From positions 1 to 64,000 of the forward strand of contig JBHLLU010000006.1 of NCBI GenBank assembly GCA_048938895.1: a DNA stretch of 64,000 nt, read 5' to 3'. This DNA is from Promethearchaeota archaeon. Lineage in GTDB: Archaea; Asgardarchaeota; Lokiarchaeia; Sigyniarchaeales; SOKP01. This document shows, piece by piece, positions 30,975-40,044 of this stretch (positions are counted from its first letter, which is position 1; every line of letters begins with the position of its first letter). The position numbers were made by a program, and so were the translations under genes. The notes below the pieces were generated by a model that was given only the letters and a program-made list of their open reading frames with translations, made no database searches and was not told where the DNA came from.

Positions 30975-31032
30975 TTTATTTCTGACAATAAAAGTTAATA
31001 TAAAGAAAAAAAAAAAGGATTTAAAAAATATT

Positions 31033-33438
31033 TTAGCTTTTTTTACGGACTTTCTTAACTAACACTCCTGAAATTATGACAATCAGCATAGATATCAAGA
31101 ATAGATCAAAACCAGGAATTTCTTCCGGTAAATCAGCCTCTATATCGATAAATGCCATACATGACATTATCGGATCGTTAAATGGCTCCAAGACAATGGT
31201 TATCGTATTCTGGGCGAAATTATATGTAACTTGGTACAAGTAAAATTCTGGTGGTGGAGAATCCCATTCTTCGGTTCCACTCATATTGAAAGCATAGAAG
31301 AAGAATAAATCATTCTTCAGATCAACGTCTGAAGGGAGATGGATTATCATCGTTATATTTCCAACTATAACCGAAGAATCTTCAATTAGAAAGTCGAAAT
31401 AGTTTGTAACAGTACCATTGGGTACCGAAACCTCAACCGGATTGTGAATAAATTGGTTATAAATAAATCCAGTTCCCCCTGCAGCTGGACCAACCTCTAC
31501 TTCTACATCAACAGTTACCCCGTTTGAAAAGTCGGTATTTAGAGTAAATGAATTCGTTCCTGGTGCAAGAGCTTCGTAAAATTTAGGATAAATGGATATA
31601 TAACGCCAATCTGATACAGAGATTGGATCTGCATTCCAACCATACATCATTTCAACTCTACCTGTGGTTTCATCAAAATAGAGATGTAATTCTCTGTCCA
31701 TTGTATTGTTTCTAAGCATAACATGCCCGGATGTGTATGTTATCTCATCATAAACGCTAGCGAACACATCAAATAGATCTGAAAGATCAGCGCTTGCAGT
31801 GTTTTGAGGCAATAATATAGGAGGTCCAAAGTCAAATTGTAAAGGTGAAATTGGCCAGTAAATATTAGCAATTGCTAAAATTTCGTAATCATCAAACATC
31901 CAAGTTCCTGTATTTAGGTCCCATCTGTCTATTTCAGCATAAATGCATGAATAGAACTGTAATTCTGGTTGACCAGTTGGGAGCGGTATTCCCATAGGAG
32001 TTAGCATTGAACTAAGGTTAGCATAATAAACATAATCACCAATAACTGTAGCTTTAACATTATAAAAGTTATCTTCCTCATTTTGTTTATAGTATATCGT
32101 ATCCCCTCCATTTGCAGACCAACTCACAAGTGTTTGAGCTTTGATTTCGTAATACAAAGTATAAATCCCTTGCTTCATAAGGTAGGATTGAACTATTCCT
32201 GTTGTTTTATCTACTTTAGATAACACCATATCTGTTCCGGTGGAATTTACTACATAACTTTCAAAAACCCCATTTTCAGTATAGTAGATTTCATCGAATG
32301 GCGCGTCCCATATGCGGAGTGTTTCATTATTCCACATGAATTCAAAATCTTCTAATACGAAATTATTAGGATAAATGAAATTAAATAGATTTGGACCTTC
32401 ATTGTCAAAGTATTGAGGATAGAAATTATTTGCAGCTCCTAATGGTATGTCGACTTCTACAAGCTCATATTCGGTACCATTCCATAGATATAGATCACCA
32501 GTTACCTGTTCATAAACCATATAGACAGGGTCATTTTCCTGATTGCTGAAACTATTTCCAGTCTTATTTAACAATACAGGAGAAATACTATTTATATGTG
32601 CTTTTAGATCATATGCTTCTCCAGCGGGATCTGAACCTTCATACCAATCATAGTAGATATCTTGTCCAGGAGAGACTCCCCATGTAATTTCATCAGTAAT
32701 ATCATAATCAAAAACTTGTTTCATAGAAGCCTGGATATACAGTGGGCCATCACCCATATTTACTAATAAAGCTGCTTCTCCATAATCTAGAGTTCCGTCA
32801 TTTAAATAAGTGGCATCAGAATAGAATGGACCTGTAGAATTCCAGAAGTAAATATTTCGTAAACCTATATCATAAGTGTAGTTGTCAAATTTATTAAAGC
32901 CACTCATTCCCATCGGATAATAAAAAGATTCATTTATGATTGGTGCTAAAATATCAACCTCTAAGCTTGAACCGTTTTTAGGTAATAATAAAGGCATACC
33001 CATATTTCCTGCTCTTATTCTATATGTCATTGGATCGGTACTATTATAACCGAAAAGTGCGAATTCTTGTGAATCCCAATATGGTTCTAACTCACCTGCT
33101 GTAACGTTGTTATAACATTGAGTTGCATTCACTTGGGAGAATTCATTTATTCCTAACCAGTTGATTGTGACATTTTCAATTGAAGTAATATTATAAATCC
33201 AAATATCTCGCCACATTCCAGATACCTCACCTGTGGTAGCATTTGTGATAACGAATTCTGTCTCGTAATATAGTTGATCTCCAATGTTAATATCCCAATG
33301 CCAACCATTATTCGGATCAGGTTCAGGGACATATTCTATCGCTTTAGCATTTAGGCTAAATGAACTAAGTATCATCAATGTTGGAATAAGAATCAAAAGA
33401 ATCAAAACTAATGGTTTTTCTCTTTTTGAAATTTTCAT
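31033..33438 (-). CDS. cell-surface glycoprotein with three internal repeats and a PGF/Loki-CTERM anchor
   Basis: Signal peptide; many NxS/T sequons; C-terminal IPGF + TM + basic tail; repeats begin WxxxxGxxxYY at aa 48, 253 and 440. Confidence 0.82.
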   Translation of the reverse strand: MKISKREKPLVLILLILIPTLMILSSFSLNAKAIEYVPEPDPNNGWHWDINIGDQLYYETEFVITNATTGEVSGMWRDIWIYNITSIENVTINWLGINEFSQVNATQCYNNVTAGELEPYWDSQEFALFGYNSTDPMTYRIRAGNMGMPLLLPKNGSSLEVDILAPIINESFYYPMGMSGFNKFDNYTYDIGLRNIYFWNSTGPFYSDATYLNDGTLDYGEAALLVNMGDGPLYIQASMKQVFDYDITDEITWGVSPGQDIYYDWYEGSDPAGEAYDLKAHINSISPVLLNKTGNSFSNQENDPVYMVYEQVTGDLYLWNGTEYELVEVDIPLGAANNFYPQYFDNEGPNLFNFIYPNNFVLEDFEFMWNNETLRIWDAPFDEIYYTENGVFESYVVNSTGTDMVLSKVDKTTGIVQSYLMKQGIYTLYYEIKAQTLVSWSANGGDTIYYKQNEEDNFYNVKATVIGDYVYYANLSSMLTPMGIPLPTGQPELQFYSCIYAEIDRWDLNTGTWMFDDYEILAIANIYWPISPLQFDFGPPILLPQNTASADLSDLFDVFASVYDEITYTSGHVMLRNNTMDRELHLYFDETTGRVEMMYGWNADPISVSDWRYISIYPKFYEALAPGTNSFTLNTDFSNGVTVDVEVEVGPAAGGTGFIYNQFIHNPVEVSVPNGTVTNYFDFLIEDSSVIVGNITMIIHLPSDVDLKNDLFFFYAFNMSGTEEWDSPPPEFYLYQVTYNFAQNTITIVLEPFNDPIMSCMAFIDIEADLPEEIPGFDLFLISMLIVIISGVLVKKVRKKS

Positions 33439-33566
33439 ATTTAATCATTTGGTTTTTTGTGTAATACTATTTATATTCTTATTTTTAAATTAAAAGGATA
33501 ATAGTAGAATTTATTTTTATATTTATTTACACAAAAATGTATAAAAAATACTCAAGGAGTATTAAG

Positions 33567-34295
33567 TTATAATATCTCCAATAATTCATCTAGAGAATTT
33601 AATAATAGATCAGGGTTGTATTCCCCCAAAATTTCTTTTTTACTAACCCCAGTTGCTACTCCTATGGTCCAAAAACCCGCTTCATACCCCGCAGTTATAT
33701 CAGAGGGCATATCACCGATCATTAAGAATTCATCTCTTTTTTTTTTATTATATGTTTCGAAAGGTGGTTGAAGTGCCATAGGATCTGGTTTTTGAACTGG
33801 GATTTTATCACTACCATAAACACCTTTAAAAAACTTATCAATACTTTCTTTTTCTAAATGATCTATTATTGTTTCCGTTTTATTATGAGAAACAATAAAG
33901 AGATCGAAGGTCTTACTTAGTTTTTTTAGAAGTGGTTTGACTCCTGATAATATAGGTGCTTCTTTTGAGTATTCAAGATACTTTGAAAAGATCTCTACAG
34001 CGATTCTTAATTGTTTAAAGTAAGTTAAGTTATTTAAACTAGTGATATGTTTGAAAATTTCATAAGATTCCAAGAGCACTTTTGGCAAAGGATATCCTTG
34101 GATTGTTTCTAATAATGCGCCTATCTCCTGAATTGTTATTTCCATGTCTACCTCAATCTTTTTCTCTACTAGAGTTTCTTCTATAGATTTTTCAAGTATT
34201 TCTCGTATATCAAGAAGAGTACCATCAAAATCAAATATTATGGCTCTTAACGATCCGTTTTGAAGCCTTTCAATTAATTCCTGTTCTCTGTTCAT
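33567..34295 (-). CDS. HAD-family phosphatase (phosphoglycolate phosphatase-like)
   Basis: FDFDGTL, KPDP, IGDMPSD. Confidence 0.9.
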   Translation of the reverse strand: MNREQELIERLQNGSLRAIIFDFDGTLLDIREILEKSIEETLVEKKIEVDMEITIQEIGALLETIQGYPLPKVLLESYEIFKHITSLNNLTYFKQLRIAVEIFSKYLEYSKEAPILSGVKPLLKKLSKTFDLFIVSHNKTETIIDHLEKESIDKFFKGVYGSDKIPVQKPDPMALQPPFETYNKKKRDEFLMIGDMPSDITAGYEAGFWTIGVATGVSKKEILGEYNPDLLLNSLDELLEIL

Positions 34296-34368
34296 ATCAG
34301 TAAAAATTTTTTAAATAAATGTTAATGATGAAAAGAATAAACTTCTTAAAAACTATTGTAGAAAAATT

Positions 34369-35055
34369 TTAAGAAGATAAATGTTTGATAGCACCAAATC
34401 CTTGAATGATACCACATAATAGGAGGGTGTAAATCATAAATTTTTGTCCTACTACATAAATATACAAACCAACAGCAGTATGATGAGTAGGAGCAAATAT
34501 AAGAATTACATAATAGATACCTAAAATAATTGCGGAAATTGTAAATACAATCGCATATGAATTTGCATAATTTTCAGTCTTAAATATTACAATTGCATAC
34601 AAGATGATACTCAAAAAAATTGAACCAAATCCAAGGAAAACAAATAACTCATGAAATAAATTAACTAAATCTGAAGGAGTTAACGCTATACCAACATAGA
34701 ATATCCCTGCAAATACTCCAAAAATAGATCCAGTAAGGTAGAATTTCTTTAATCCTTTAGTTGTTTTGAAAAATCGAGAAAAAGTAATGTAAAATGGAAT
34801 TTGAAATAAACCCCATATACTTAGAGTAATTGTAAAAAGTATAAATGAAATTGTATTAATATTTCCCGAGTGCGCGACAGTTCTTCCTAGATCACTAAAA
34901 TAATTATACCAAAATAAATACTGGGATGTAGACGGATCTATATAAGTTCCGCCCTCATATAAACTCATAGCAAGTGCAGTAACAATGATAAATTGAATAC
35001 AACCTGTTATATTTAGTGCAAATAGCCACTTTTTTAATTTTATATTTAAAACCAT
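34369..35055 (-). CDS. integral membrane protein (DUF998-like)
   Basis: About 6 TM segments; YEGG, NYFSDLG, conserved His. Confidence 0.6.
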   Translation of the reverse strand: MVLNIKLKKWLFALNITGCIQFIIVTALAMSLYEGGTYIDPSTSQYLFWYNYFSDLGRTVAHSGNINTISFILFTITLSIWGLFQIPFYITFSRFFKTTKGLKKFYLTGSIFGVFAGIFYVGIALTPSDLVNLFHELFVFLGFGSIFLSIILYAIVIFKTENYANSYAIVFTISAIILGIYYVILIFAPTHHTAVGLYIYVVGQKFMIYTLLLCGIIQGFGAIKHLSS

Positions 35056-35060
35056 TTAGG

Positions 35061-36257
35061 TTATCTCACAACTTCTTTAAATTTTCTGATGAAGATAAGG
35101 TTAATAATAAAAAGAATAATCAAACTCAGTGAAAGAGAAAGGTATCCTAATAGAATATTAATATCTGCCATGAAACCTAGAAAAATTTGAGATATAAAAA
35201 AGGATAACCCAGTAGAGGCTTCTAGTATTCCACTATACTTAGATGTTTTTTTCAAGACATTAAGGGTGATAAACAATTTCGATGCTGTACCGTATAAGAT
35301 ACCATAAAAAAATCCCGAAAACATGAACAAAATGATAAAGAGGTAATAAATCTTATTAAATAGGAAGAAGATAAACAGAAATGGATAGATCATTAATGTA
35401 AGTACTGATACGAGCTTTAATTTACTTAAAATTAATAAATTGGAAAAATATAATGCTAAAGTTTGTGTAATTACTGCAAAAATATTGGTAATATATGTAC
35501 TAGAAGCAGAAAAACCAAGGAACTCTGCTCTAATTGGATAAAGAAACGAGCCATTCGCCGCAGCAAAAGAAGTATATAGAATAAAAAGTAGTGGGACAAT
35601 TACAGGAATGTAATAATTCTTAATTGATTTATAATTTTCATTAGCAGTGCTATCTATTGGATTCATGCTTCGTGTATTATAATAATTATTAATCGAAGGC
35701 TGGAAGCAAGTAATTGCAATAATAGAATTGATTAGCAAGATTATAGGGCTAATGTAAAAAATAAATTTTAGATCCTCAGTAAACATTAAGATAATTGCCC
35801 CAAATAATAAACCAAAGACGATCGCTATACTCCAAGAGAGATTGAATTTCGCTAAATATCTCGGATGATTGATGTTAGGAACGTCTGATATACTTGCGGT
35901 AAGGTTGGGGAAAAAAAAACCTAAAATAAAGCCTTCAAGGAGTCTTTCAATTAAAAAAATAATTGGATTTAATGTAATATAGAATATCAATTGAAGACAT
36001 GTAGCACCAACCATAGAAATAATTACGCTTCTTCTTCTCCCTAATCTATTAGAATAATTGGTTAGTATAATTGGTGAAATACTATATGTAATTGTCATAG
36101 CAATGGAAAGTAGACTAATAAATTTAATTTGGATACCTTGTCGAATAAAATATATTGGTATTGCTAATGATAGGAGAGGACTACTAAAAGCAAAAATAAA
36201 AGCTAAAATAAAAATTGGCCAAAACTGCAATTTTTGACTAGAAGTTTCAAACGACAC
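35061..36257 (-). CDS. MFS transporter
   Basis: About 12 TM segments; motif A-like SNRLGRR; RLLEG. Confidence 0.85.
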   Translation of the reverse strand: MSFETSSQKLQFWPIFILAFIFAFSSPLLSLAIPIYFIRQGIQIKFISLLSIAMTITYSISPIILTNYSNRLGRRRSVIISMVGATCLQLIFYITLNPIIFLIERLLEGFILGFFFPNLTASISDVPNINHPRYLAKFNLSWSIAIVFGLLFGAIILMFTEDLKFIFYISPIILLINSIIAITCFQPSINNYYNTRSMNPIDSTANENYKSIKNYYIPVIVPLLFILYTSFAAANGSFLYPIRAEFLGFSASSTYITNIFAVITQTLALYFSNLLILSKLKLVSVLTLMIYPFLFIFFLFNKIYYLFIILFMFSGFFYGILYGTASKLFITLNVLKKTSKYSGILEASTGLSFFISQIFLGFMADINILLGYLSLSLSLIILFIINLIFIRKFKEVVR

Positions 36258-36418
36258 GATCTTATAGCTAAAAATGAATGATTAATATTAAACTTAAATT
36301 ATCAAATTTTGAAGCTCTGAAACAACAATAATTTAAAAACTTGGGATTAATTGTTTTAATTAGGGGATTAGTAGTTTATTTGTACTAAACCTATTATATA
36401 CAGTATTGTGAATCTAAG

Positions 36419-37177
36419 ATGAAAGAACTTTTTGTTTATAATTTTATCTTGTTATTTTTTGGATTATCATCAATTTTTGTATTTATTGTGTTATTTTTTA
36501 TTCCAGCGGGGTATGGTCAACATGTAGATAAAAAGTGGGGACCAACAATTAACAACAAGCGGGGATGGTTCATAATGGAAGTTCCAACAGTTATCATTTT
36601 CCTTTTTTATTTTTTAATTGGAAATAGATCATCTGGTTTAATTCCATTAATATTTCTATGTATTTGGATGTTGCACTATTGCCAGAGAACTTTTCTATTT
36701 CCCTTATTAATTCATGGCGTTCAACCAATGCCAATTACAATAATCATAATGGGAATGACATTTAATGGAATAAATTCATATTTACAAGCAAGATGGCTTT
36801 ATACATTTTCTCCCTCGTATGCATTCTCTTGGCTTTTTAATCCACTGTTTATCGCGGGTCTTATTATTTTTATTTGTGGATTTATAATTAATATGCATTC
36901 TGATTATATCATTCGGACATTACGAAAACCTGGAGAAAATGAATATAAAATTCCATACGGAGGAATGTTTCGATATGTAAGTTGTCCTAGTTATTTTGGA
37001 GAGATAACAGAATGGGTGGGATGGGCAACTTTGACGTGGTCATTCCCAGGGTTAGTGTTTGCTGTATGGACATTTGCAAATCTTGCTCCTAGAGCACGAT
37101 CAAATCATTTATGGTATATAAAAACTTTTGGAGATTATCCACAAAATCGAAAAGCTCTTATTCCCTTTATTTTCTAA
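36419..37177 (+). CDS. steroid 5-alpha-reductase family (SRD5A1/2/DET2-like)
   Basis: GWFIME, HY..R, NMHSD..LRKPGE..YKIPYGG.F.YVSCP.YFGE, NLAPRA..H.WY, RKALIPF. Confidence 0.92.
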   Translation: MKELFVYNFILLFFGLSSIFVFIVLFFIPAGYGQHVDKKWGPTINNKRGWFIMEVPTVIIFLFYFLIGNRSSGLIPLIFLCIWMLHYCQRTFLFPLLIHGVQPMPITIIIMGMTFNGINSYLQARWLYTFSPSYAFSWLFNPLFIAGLIIFICGFIINMHSDYIIRTLRKPGENEYKIPYGGMFRYVSCPSYFGEITEWVGWATLTWSFPGLVFAVWTFANLAPRARSNHLWYIKTFGDYPQNRKALIPFIF

Positions 37178-37189
37178 CCCATCTTTCTA

Positions 37190-38221
37190 TTAAAAAATAT
37201 TTGAGTGAGATTTTATATAGATCCGGTTTCGTGAATCTACTAACTTAAAACTGCTCTTTTTATCAAGAAGGCTTTCAGTTTTACCCAAAATTAAGATACC
37301 ATTTTCCACTAACCTATCTTCAATAATTTTTAAGAATTTAGTACGATTTTCGCGATTAAAGTAGATAAGAAGGTATCTACAAAAAATTATATCATATTTA
37401 TAGGATTTCTTATGACCTTTGGTAACATCTTCTTCAATCCATTCAATGACTCCTTTAATCTTACTACTAATTAAATTATTATGTCCAAAATGAGTTTTTT
37501 GTTTAGTGAAATATTTAATTTCATAATAATCTGATATTTCTTTCATAGCATCATCACTAAAAATTCCAGTCTTTGCTTTTTCAACTGCTTCATGAGCAAT
37601 ATCAGATGCCACGATTCTATATTTTGGGAAACGGGTTATTTGAGATTTAAGGTTGTCCATAATCATTGCAATTGAATATGGCTCCTCTCCCGTAGCACAT
37701 GGACAAGACCATATATTTATACAATTTTTTTCAATTGGAGCAAGTTTTAATTTCTTGTAAAAAGATAACTTATTAAGGAAGATAAAGAGATCCATATAAT
37801 TATTATCAGGTTTTGTTTGCCTGTTTTTCATTAAATTTTTCGCAGCATTAGCTTTAGATCGAAATTTTGCTAGTTTTAATGGATCAGGTTTTATATTACA
37901 ATCTATATCTCTTTTAGAGACATTTAAACCTTGTAGGATAACGTCTTGGAAAGTCTCAAATATATCATAATCTCTGAAAAAGAACGTATAGTTTATAGTG
38001 AAACCATCAACAAATTTTTTTACCTCGTTTTCTTTTGAAGAGATTTCTTTTAAATAATCTTCAGGATCCGCACATTTTACCCTTATCATTCTTGCTTTTA
38101 TGCGTTTTTCAATAAAATGTTTATTATAATATTCAAAGTTTAATCCTGTTTTAACTCTCAATAGTTTAAGCAGTTTATGGTAAGAATTGGTATCGATATG
38201 AATACTTTCGATGAGTTTCAC
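37190..38221 (-). CDS. cheR: CheR-type protein-glutamate methyltransferase (no che genes nearby)
   Basis: TINYTFFFRD, IWSCPCATGEEPYSIAM, ASDI, DIIFCR, LGKTES. Confidence 0.88.
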   Translation of the reverse strand: MKLIESIHIDTNSYHKLLKLLRVKTGLNFEYYNKHFIEKRIKARMIRVKCADPEDYLKEISSKENEVKKFVDGFTINYTFFFRDYDIFETFQDVILQGLNVSKRDIDCNIKPDPLKLAKFRSKANAAKNLMKNRQTKPDNNYMDLFIFLNKLSFYKKLKLAPIEKNCINIWSCPCATGEEPYSIAMIMDNLKSQITRFPKYRIVASDIAHEAVEKAKTGIFSDDAMKEISDYYEIKYFTKQKTHFGHNNLISSKIKGVIEWIEEDVTKGHKKSYKYDIIFCRYLLIYFNRENRTKFLKIIEDRLVENGILILGKTESLLDKKSSFKLVDSRNRIYIKSHSNIF

Positions 38222-38418
38222 CTATATATTAAAGGAGAATATTATATTTTACTTATATACTTAGAATGTTTCTTTCATGTCAAATTCACACTTCCATTAT
38301 ATTAGTTTCCGAATTTATATATTGCTAAATAGAAAAGTTTGCTTCAAGCATCTCGAACAACTCTTTAAAGATGAGAAAACTATTTTGTTAAACAAAAAAT
38401 AAGCAATTCCCCCTATAG

Positions 38419-39723
38419 TTATTCTTTCTTTTCCAGTTTTTCTAATGCTTTCCTAATCTTTATTAGTTCTTCTGAGCTTAACTTATCTTCTTGTTCTTCA
38501 GATTTATTTATCTCTTTTTTTTCATATTGGGATTCCATATGTCTTATCTTTTCCCTTATTGCTGCACGAATAAATTCAGATTGAGATTGACCAGAAATCT
38601 GTGCATAATACTTAATGTTATCTAGTTCTGCCACACTTGCTAGAAATTTGACTTGTTGACTTTTTTTCATTGCCTCTTCTACTTTTTTTAGCTCTTCCCT
38701 TCTTTTTTCTTTCTCGATTTTTCTCGCTCTTATTTCTTCCTCGTCTGCTTTTTGTAGATAACTACCAGTTTCTCTTGCTAATTGAAAAGTACTTTTTAAT
38801 TCGCCCAATATATTTTTTCTGATAGATGCAGGTCTGGATTTCTGATCCTCAAAAATCTCAGGACTTATCCATTTTAATGCCCTTGCATCAAGGTTCCTCA
38901 CTGGATCTGGGAGAATTTCTATTTGATTTCCCAATAGGTCGAGATAATTTAATGATCTTAAATTTTCAAATATATCAGGAATGGATTTAAGATTATTATT
39001 TTGTAAAGAAACCTTTCTAAGAAACGTGAGATTCCCAATTGATTCAGGGAGCGATATTAGCTGATTATCATTTACCCAAAGAGTTGTAAGTGATCTAAGG
39101 TCACCTATTGATTCCGGTAGAGTCATTAAATTATTTCTTCCTAAGTAAAGGAGTTTTAGAGATTTAAGATTCCCAATTGTTTCTGGGAGTGTCTCTAATT
39201 TATTAAGATCTAACCATAACAATTCCAATGAGGAAAGATTACCTATACTCTCTGGGAGTACGTTTAACAAATTCCCATCCAAATATAATTCCTTAAGATT
39301 CGATAAGTTTCCAATTGATTCTGGAAGATTATTTAAGAAATTACTATCTGAAACAAGTATTTTAAGAAATTTTAAATTCCCTATTGATTCTGGAAGGAAT
39401 TTTAACTTATTTGACCTAATATTAAGATGTCTAAGCAACTTGAGATTTCCAATCGACTCAGGGAGAGATGTCAGATTATTATAACCTATGTAGAGCATCC
39501 TAAGTGATGAGAGGTTTCCAATCGAATCTGGAAGCGTAGTTAATTTCTTTAGGTTAAGTTTTTCTAATTTCTGACCATTTAACATTAATTCGGTAATATG
39601 ATCACCAATAACTTTGATCCCAAAATTACTACTCTTTTTCCTTTCTACTCGAGGAAATTGTTTTCCTATCAATTCTTCTAATTCTCTTAATACTTCATTT
39701 TCTTCTGGTTTTAACTCACTCAT
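38419..39723 (-). CDS. leucine-rich-repeat protein with C-terminal coiled coil and ribbon-helix-helix domain
   Basis: About 10 LPESIGNLxxL 23-aa repeats; C-terminal QVKFLAS..ELDNIK.YA..SGQSQSEFIRAAIREKI; ATG 39723 preferred over TTG 39741. Confidence 0.88.
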   Translation of the reverse strand: MSELKPEENEVLRELEELIGKQFPRVERKKSSNFGIKVIGDHITELMLNGQKLEKLNLKKLTTLPDSIGNLSSLRMLYIGYNNLTSLPESIGNLKLLRHLNIRSNKLKFLPESIGNLKFLKILVSDSNFLNNLPESIGNLSNLKELYLDGNLLNVLPESIGNLSSLELLWLDLNKLETLPETIGNLKSLKLLYLGRNNLMTLPESIGDLRSLTTLWVNDNQLISLPESIGNLTFLRKVSLQNNNLKSIPDIFENLRSLNYLDLLGNQIEILPDPVRNLDARALKWISPEIFEDQKSRPASIRKNILGELKSTFQLARETGSYLQKADEEEIRARKIEKEKRREELKKVEEAMKKSQQVKFLASVAELDNIKYYAQISGQSQSEFIRAAIREKIRHMESQYEKKEINKSEEQEDKLSSEELIKIRKALEKLEKKE

Positions 39724-39889
39724 ATGTTCTATACCCACCAAATCTAATATTAAATACCCTATCGAATCTAGAGGCTTCGATTGCTTCTATTAAAAAACTT
39801 TTGATTCCTACTCTGGAACTGCTAATAATAATGCCATCGATTTGAATCTTATCTTCTCGTTCTGGCTTTTTAAATACTATCTCAGTCAT
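39716..39889 (-). CDS. 57-aa hypothetical protein overlapping the LRR-RHH start (not in the ORF track)
   Basis: MTEIVFKKPEREDKIQIDGIIISSSRVGIKSFLIEAIEASRFDRVFNIRFGGYRTYE*; its stop lies in ATGAGTGA, overlapping the LRR start. Confidence 0.6.
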   Translation of the reverse strand: MTEIVFKKPEREDKIQIDGIIISSSRVGIKSFLIEAIEASRFDRVFNIRFGGYRTYE

Positions 39890-39910
39890 TTTTTCAAACT
39901 CAAATTGTAT

Positions 39911-39970
39911 ATGTACTTATTATGTACATAGTAAATTTTATCACATTTAAATGTACCGAATATGTACATA
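39911..39970. promoter_or_regulatory. twin palindromic operators ATGTAC-N7-GTACAT
   Basis: ATGTACTTATTATGTACATA (39911) and ATGTACCGAATATGTACATA (39951), exactly 40 bp apart, flanking a TTTAAAT element. Confidence 0.75.
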
Positions 39971-40044
39971 AAACAAAATTATAAGATAGATAATCTTTTT
40001 AGGATATTTTGTCAAAATTTATACTGAATTATTTAGCAAGCAAT

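Noticed and set aside
38900-39545. 69-bp periodic DNA repeats resembling a CRISPR array
   Set aside because: They are degenerate codon-level repeats of the 23-aa LRR units inside an ORF.
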